This document shows, piece by piece, positions 23,412-28,763 of a stretch of 28,763 nucleotides of DNA. Every line of letters begins with the position of its first letter. Position 1 is the stretch's first letter. The stretch lies in assembly GCA_964628335.1 (NCBI GenBank), contig CAZVNU010000001.1, forward strand, positions 1 to 28,763, read 5' to 3'. The notes under the pieces are model-generated. The model saw nothing but the letters and a program-made list of their open reading frames with translations, had not been told where the DNA came from and did not search any database. Made by a program: the position numbers and the translations under genes. This DNA comes from an uncultured Phycisphaeraceae bacterium. Lineage in GTDB: Bacteria > Planctomycetota > Phycisphaerae > Phycisphaerales > Phycisphaeraceae.

Positions 23412-24734
23412 GGTTTTCTCCTTTCGAGAGATTGGGTTGGAATAAAAATGGACAAGGGGATAGACTCAAAGGACTGGAAGGCCCTTTTATTCCTCTTTTA
23501 GTTATTAGTGGCGCAGGCTTTAGAATGGCCTATGGGCCATTCTAGGCGGCGATGATTGATTATACGCCGTGCCTCTATTTTGTCTAAACCACCACCCAAG
23601 ATTCCTATTCAGTTCTGCTAATTTGCGCCGAAAAAAACACATTTGCCCATGAAGATGTGCGGGGGTGCAAATATCTCTATTAGATATGGCGAAAAGAAAA
23701 ATAAATATCAAATAAAGGAAAAACATCTTTTTGACGATAATTAGTTTAGAGTGGCGTGTTTGCGCCAACAAAAATGCAGAACATCCGTTGTAATCATAGG
23801 TAAGTCTGGCATAGTCCCTCTTGTAAGTCGAGTCTCGCTGTGAAGCGTTGATGATCTGGCAAGATGTGGAGATGCCCAAGTGCGTGACGGCGCGAGTCTC
23901 TGGAGGGCAATGACTATAAAAAATGCGTCGGCCGAGGCGGGATTATTAACCCCGCTAAAGTGGAAAACTTCACATGTTTTTGCTAAATCCAGAAGGCACT
24001 GGTATACGCGATGTGATTGAAAACACTTGCAACCGCTATGGATAATTTCCTGCGGTTGGGAAACGGCGTTAAAAAACGAAACGAAAAGGTCAGAATTTGA
24101 GGGTGAACTCCTTGAACTGGCTTCCATGAGCGCGATAAATCTATAACTTCTCATGGGTTTGGCTTCAGGTCTTGAAGTCAGATACGGGAGTGCTGTGAAA
24201 GCGAATAACTCTTTTCCCACATAATTTCGCCTACTAACAAAATCATCCTAACTTTTGGGCAATTGCTTAAATGAAGGCTTGTTTTTGAAGGAACAGGCGA
24301 ATCCGCCTGTTGCCTTCGTGGTTTAGTTACGACACTCGCTTTGCTCCGTGTCGTAGCACACACGATTCGCTGGCGCGAACCGCGTGTGTTTTTGATGAAT
24401 TGTGGTTTGGACTTTTCAGGCGGAGTGACAGGATTCGGCGTGGCTTTAGGTTGTAAATTGGATGATTGCAAGTTATTGAAACAAAACTGGATAGCCGACA
24501 GGCTATACGGTTTTTTGAGGCGAAGCGAAGTGAGCCGAAAATCCTTGACCATGATAGGGGAAGGTCTAGACGCACTTGGTTGTAGGGGCGGATCGTGTTC
24601 ATGCCATAGTTATATGCCGCCGACCCTTTCTGTCAAAAATTCGCGCAAGAATCCGATTCCGTTGGATAAAACTGCCGCCATGGTCAATCCTGAACCGTCT
24701 GCGGGGAGATTTGATCTGCACCGACAGGTGCCCA

Positions 24735-25430
24735 TCATGCGGCTTTACCCCGCTGGAGGATGCCAAGGATTGTCCGCGCCTGCCACCGTCCGCCTTGGCG
24801 TGTCTGGCGTCCTTCTTGGGTGAGCGTGTCGGCAATCTTGGCGAGAGAGAGGCGGCGTGCCCCTTTTGGTTTGCGCCGAAGTTCAAAGATGCGCTCAATG
24901 ACGGCCTCTTCACCTGGGAGCACGCCGTAAGGTTTAACCCCCTCCACGCGCCGACCACCTGCGGCCATGCTCTTCTGATCACGGGCATGGCGGAGTTTTT
25001 GCACGATGCAATTTTTGTCAAATTGGGCAATGCTGCCAAGGATTTGGCGGATCATTACTTTTTCAGGTGATCCCGTGTCATCGGTCAAGGCTTGACCTGA
25101 TTCCGCATTGATGACAGAAACGCCCATCTTTTTCAGTACCAATAAGATTTTTTCAGATTCGATGAGGCTTCTTGCTAGACGATCCGCTCTTTCCACAAGA
25201 ACTACCTTCACGCCTTGCTCTTTGACGGCAAGGAGCAAGCGGGAGAGGGCGGGGCGGGTGGCCCCTTCGGTCGTCCCGCTCACGCCTTCTTCGCGGAACA
25301 CTTCCACTACTTCCAGCCCGTTTCGCTTTGCATAGCGTTGACACACCTCATGCTGGCGATCCAGCCCCGTGCCATTATTGACTTGGCCAAGAGAGGAGAC
25401 GCGAAGATACGAGAAGCATGGGGTTTTCAT
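24735..25430 (-). CDS. Serine recombinase (copy 2)
   Basis: Identical translation to 18385-19080. Confidence 0.9.
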   Translation of the reverse strand: MKTPCFSYLRVSSLGQVNNGTGLDRQHEVCQRYAKRNGLEVVEVFREEGVSGTTEGATRPALSRLLLAVKEQGVKVVLVERADRLARSLIESEKILLVLKKMGVSVINAESGQALTDDTGSPEKVMIRQILGSIAQFDKNCIVQKLRHARDQKSMAAGGRRVEGVKPYGVLPGEEAVIERIFELRRKPKGARRLSLAKIADTLTQEGRQTRQGGRWQARTILGILQRGKAA

Positions 25431-25554
25431 ATCGAAATAATAGCAACTTGCTATTTAATGGTCAAGGGTCGGCAGAAAAATCCGTGAATAATTCTTCAGA
25501 ATCATTCACGGAAACTATCGCAAGTAGCGATATAGCATCTTGTTGTTATCAAAA

Positions 25555-25839
25555 TCATCGCTTCCGCTTGTCCTGTTTTTTCAACGGAAAGCCCAAAATA
25601 TCGTTGGGCGTACAGGAGAGAGCAATGGCAAGCCTACAAAGTGCCTCTACCGAAGGGCGGCGGGTTCCGCGCTCCCATCCCGCAATGTTCACTTGGCCCA
25701 CGGTTCGATCCATGCCCATTGCTTCGGCGACTTCCGACTGGGTGAGGTCAAGGGCCGTGCGTTGCTCTTTGATGCGCTCGCCCAAGTCCGTGCCGCCAAA
25801 GTTGAAGGGTTCAAAGGTAGTAGTAAGGAGTTTTGGCAT
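25555..25839 (-). CDS. XRE-family repressor (copy 2)
   Basis: Identical translation to 19205-19489. Confidence 0.88.
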   Translation of the reverse strand: MPKLLTTTFEPFNFGGTDLGERIKEQRTALDLTQSEVAEAMGMDRTVGQVNIAGWERGTRRPSVEALCRLAIALSCTPNDILGFPLKKQDKRKR

Positions 25840-25877
25840 GGTGGCGAGAGAATAGCAAGATGCGATACCTTGGCATT

Positions 25878-26117
25878 TCAAAAGAACCGCTGCAACAATC
25901 TCAACGCCTCGCGGCGTCTGTCTGTTGCTGATGCCCATTGCGCAAACTCAATCGCATCCACCCGCCGTTCCGATGTCTCGCATTTGTGGACTTGGCTTCG
26001 GGCCACCTTGAGTTTCGCGGCCAAGTCCCGTTGGGTCATACCAGCATCTTCCCGCCAGTCCCGTAGGGTGGCGGACAGTTTTTGGTAGTTGGGGTCATGG
26101 AGGCGTCCTGCTTTCAT
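25878..26117 (-). CDS. Small XRE HTH protein (copy 2)
   Basis: Identical translation to 19528-19767. Confidence 0.82.
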   Translation of the reverse strand: MKAGRLHDPNYQKLSATLRDWREDAGMTQRDLAAKLKVARSQVHKCETSERRVDAIEFAQWASATDRRREALRLLQRFF

Positions 26118-26262
26118 TTTGGAAGCAAGGTAAGCGCGTCCTTCCGTGCTTCCAGAATCGGGCCAAGATGCCTTGACGATGGAAAGGAGGTTAGATACAG
26201 TTCCCTTGCTTCATTTTTAGAAGCAAGACCTTTTCCCCCACCACTCTTTGGAGAGTCAGCCG

Positions 26263-26679
26263 ATGAAAAATCCCGTCCTTCCCGTCCTCCTGCTTGCCTC
26301 CTGCTTCCTTGTAATTGGGTGCGGCAAGAAAGACGCCGCTTCCGCCACCTCTGCGGCTGTGAATGACTCCTATCCCTCGGTTTCCAAGGAGCGTTTGCAG
26401 ATACTTAAAAGCGAGTTCTCAAAAAGCTTTCCTTCCAGCATCTACGACGGAGGAACAATTACCAGCATTGAAAAGTGCGACGACATTGAATATCAATACA
26501 AAGTGAATGTGCGGTTCAGCAAGGTTGGGGGTGGCGGTGCGGTCATACTGAAAATGGACGATCACTTCCATGTTTCTCCCAGTTATACCGTTCTGGAGGG
26601 AACGGATCTTGACGGATCTCAAATGCAACTTCAACTTTGTGGGCCCGCAGCCATCGCAGGTCAATCCAAGAGCAAGTGA
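26263..26679 (+). CDS. Hypothetical lipoprotein (copy 2)
   Basis: Identical translation to 19913-20329. Confidence 0.72.
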   Translation: MKNPVLPVLLLASCFLVIGCGKKDAASATSAAVNDSYPSVSKERLQILKSEFSKSFPSSIYDGGTITSIEKCDDIEYQYKVNVRFSKVGGGGAVILKMDDHFHVSPSYTVLEGTDLDGSQMQLQLCGPAAIAGQSKSK

Positions 26680-26763
26680 ACGAATCGACAAAAATGTTTT
26701 TTTGCAACGCCTCGCTACCACTGTGGAGGCAAACTCGAAACGCCCGAAATGGGCAAAGGATGA

Positions 26764-26961
26764 ATGATGTTTGAAACTCCAACAGACCCCAAGAAGGCGA
26801 TACGAGACGATTTCAAGAAAGACCTGAACGATCTCAAGGCGAAACTTAACGGGTATCTTTCACGGCTTGAAGAAGAAAAAGACGCGCCGACAAAGTCCCC
26901 TCAAACAGCCATGTCGGACGCAAAAAAAGCAATTGATGGGATAGCAAAATGTTTTCAGTAG
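26764..26961 (+). CDS. Small hypothetical protein (copy 2)
   Basis: Identical translation to 20414-20611. Confidence 0.55.
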   Translation: MMFETPTDPKKAIRDDFKKDLNDLKAKLNGYLSRLEEEKDAPTKSPQTAMSDAKKAIDGIAKCFQ

Positions 26962-27469
26962 TCGCCATTTTTCAAACGCCCTTCGCCATCAAACGGCGAG
27001 GGTGTTTTTCTTTCCGCCAAAAAATCATCCGCGCCACAAGACTGGAAAATGATTCTGGATTTCCCCTTTTCCTGTGGAAAGGCATCGGCGGGGTGGCACC
27101 CATGGTGGAATGGCGGAATAGATTTGAAATCTAATTCCCAGCGCAGAAAAATTGCGCCCCGCAGAAAGCAGGCATTCCAACCTCCGATGGCCGATGCCCT
27201 CAATCCGACCCTGTTTTCAAAACCTGTAAATGGCGAAAACAAAACCAGCACGCTTGAGGGCATTTTCAAGTGTCAATTTGTTAGAAAACATCTTGTTTTG
27301 AAGTGCGGCGTGATGGTTTGACCTCATGGATCAAAAAATCGACCTTGGCTAAAGCTTGTATGGTTTTGATGGATTTCAGTTTCGCCTCCTTTTTGGCCAT
27401 GCGAAGAGGAATCCACTCCCTGATATGTGAAGTTCCTTAGAGCAAGCAAACCCTTCAAGGAGATTCGAC

Positions 27470-27739
27470 ATGAAATATGGGCTACTCAAAAAGCATGGGA
27501 TGGATGGAACAGGCGCGATTATTTACCACTGGGATTTGATCCCGCCCAAAATGGTCAAGACTGCCGCTACGAAAGAAGTTGAAGACTGGATCGAGTTGGA
27601 ACGAGTGCCAAAGGCTTTGGAGGACGATGAAGACACCGTGATCCTTTTGTGCCGCTGGAATCCGTCGAAAGGGCTGGAAACCGCCAAGCCCATTATTCTC
27701 CCCTTTGATGGCCCGCCTGCGGTGGGCTTGGCGATATAG
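27470..27739 (+). CDS. Small hypothetical protein (copy 2)
   Basis: Identical translation to 21120-21389. Confidence 0.6.
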   Translation: MKYGLLKKHGMDGTGAIIYHWDLIPPKMVKTAATKEVEDWIELERVPKALEDDEDTVILLCRWNPSKGLETAKPIILPFDGPPAVGLAI

Positions 27740-27942
27740 GCCCAGGTAATCACTTCCGACTCTTTCAACAAAATTAAGAATGAAGGGGTTTCGTTACTTG
27801 TCAAGGTGGTGGAGGTGGCATTGCCTATTGCGCCGTCCAAGCCCCACAAAGCGGCCTGAATGCCCCCAGGACGCTTCGCCAATTTAGCCACCCTATTCCC
27901 CATCTGACGCCATGGGCGGCTTCCAGCGGCATTCCAGCCGTT

Positions 27943-28113
27943 CTATTTGAGCAAAGCAAGGATAGCCCGCAGTGCCGCGACCTTTTCAGGCGGCAGACTG
28001 GCCAATTCTGCCAGTAACCCCAGCACGCCGTCTTGGGCTTTGTCTTGGTTTTGGGGGGCCTCCTCTTGTTTTTCACGAGAATCTTGGGCGATAGTCTGGC
28101 CCAGTACCGCCCA
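27943..28113 (-). pseudogene. Orphaned 3' tail of the integrase gene at attR
   Basis: Same WAVLGQTIAQ...ILALLK tail as the 504-aa form, but preceded by an in-frame TGA at 28141-28143 with no ATG, GTG or TTG between. Confidence 0.8.
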
Positions 28114-28117
28114 TAAT

Positions 28118-28141
28118 GGCCCGCCAAACGGCGGGTCTTTT
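28118..28141 (+). terminator. Terminator following the displaced tRNA 3' end (attR)
   Basis: GGCCCGCC-AAAC-GGCGGGTC-TTTT just after the core at 28101-28113. Confidence 0.75.
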
Positions 28142-28230
28142 CATTTCCCCAGTCGCCACGCCAAAGAACCAGCGACCCTGTCGCGCCTGTGGCGCGCCAG
28201 ATCACGGGGAAAGATCGCGCTGCGCGGATG

Positions 28231-28283
28231 CGAGTCCAGTACCGCCCATGAAGGTAAAAATCCGCCGATGAGGCGGGTTTTTT
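28231..28283 (+). other. Second displaced tRNA-Val 3' fragment (18 bp) with its own terminator; relic att site
   Basis: CGAGTCCAGTACCGCCCA (28231-28248) equals 15396-15413; followed by AAAAATCCGCC-GATGA-GGCGGGTTTTTT (28256-28283). Confidence 0.8.
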
Positions 28284-28309
28284 CGGGCCTTTTTGGTCCG
28301 TTCCTGTTT

Positions 28310-28561
28310 TTACTGCACCGTGAGCAGTTCCTTGACCTTGCTGAATGCCGTCTTGTGTGGCGTTCCCGTGGCTTCAATCCAAGCGATCCATTCGATGGGA
28401 TCAATCCGCCTCTCGCCTGCCTCGCATTTCCAGATGTAGCACTGGGTCTGGTTGAGTTGCGATGCCAATTGGCGTTGTGACATCTTCGCCTCTGTCCGCC
28501 ACTCCTTGAGCAGGGTGCAAAAGATTTTGTAGTCACTGGCATGAACGCGGCTTGACCCCAT
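28310..28561 (-). CDS. Small XRE HTH protein (controller/C-protein-like), paralog of 19528-19767
   Basis: DYKIFCTLLKEWRTEAKMSQRQLASQL...IWKCEAGERRIDPIEW aligns by eye with the element's 79-aa HTH. Confidence 0.82.
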   Translation of the reverse strand: MGSSRVHASDYKIFCTLLKEWRTEAKMSQRQLASQLNQTQCYIWKCEAGERRIDPIEWIAWIEATGTPHKTAFSKVKELLTVQ

Positions 28562-28630
28562 AGAGGAGTCAGGTTAGACTCGCCCGCGATTGACTCCGCT
28601 ATAGAGTCGGATGCCGTTCCTGGTCTTTTC

Positions 28631-28688
28631 TCAGGAATTCGTGTGGCTGGCGCGCTACGCCCCCCTCGCCAGCCACACGAATTCCTGA
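28631..28688. repeat. Perfect 22-bp inverted repeat
   Basis: TCAGGAATTCGTGTGGCTGGCG / CGCCAGCCACACGAATTCCTGA with a 14-nt loop containing CGCTACGC. Confidence 0.85.
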
Positions 28689-28763
28689 TGCGCCAGATTT
28701 TATTCCCCCCCAGTAGTGTCCGGTCAAATTTCCCATAAATTCGGCTGTTTTTGAACTTCTGGA

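Larger units (their letters stand above)
21751..28113. mobile_element. Integrative element, unit 2 (tandem copy), ending at attR
   Basis: Apart from ORFs spanning the att sites, every ORF of unit 1 recurs at +6350 with identical translation; ends with core at 28101-28113. Confidence 0.9.

Noticed and set aside
15401-28113. Prophage or ICE assignment
   Set aside because: No terminase, capsid, tail, lysis, relaxase or T4SS genes, and the unit is only 6.35 kb.
28231-28248. A second tRNA gene
   Set aside because: Only 18 nt of the 3' end are present; upstream sequence cannot form D or anticodon arms.

Overview
The window has two halves. 1-15.4 kb is GC-rich host chromosome; the ThrRS and PadR-partner sequences suggest Planctomycetota (Phycisphaerae-like), which is an inference. 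It carries an SPFH/zinc-ribbon membrane module, an XRE regulator, a DEAD-box helicase, parB with three parS-like 16-mers, and an orphan mraZ with MraZ-type boxes. It continues with a GH101-like secreted protein, a PadR plus membrane partner, a RAYT/REP locus, a DUF456 protein, thrS and tRNA-Val(GAC). Directly behind mraZ lies a ~430-nt stretch of stacked hairpins with GGA in their loops, ending in a terminator. This is the architecture of a CsrB/RsmB-type CsrA-sponge sRNA and is the top non-coding finding. 15.4-28.1 kb is a more AT-rich 6350-bp integrative element present as a head-to-tail tandem dimer in the tRNA-Val 3' end (13-bp core CCAGTACCGCCCA at 15401, 21751 and 28101). Each unit encodes a tyrosine integrase, an excisionase-like HTH, a serine recombinase, two XRE proteins, a lipoprotein and two small proteins. 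The att core lies inside the integrase gene, so attL gives a 456-aa integrase and the attP-type junction gives a 504-aa integrase with a different C-terminus. The same DNA also carries a replacement tRNA terminator and candidate arm repeats. A relic att site and the probable start of another accessory region follow at 28.2-28.8 kb.
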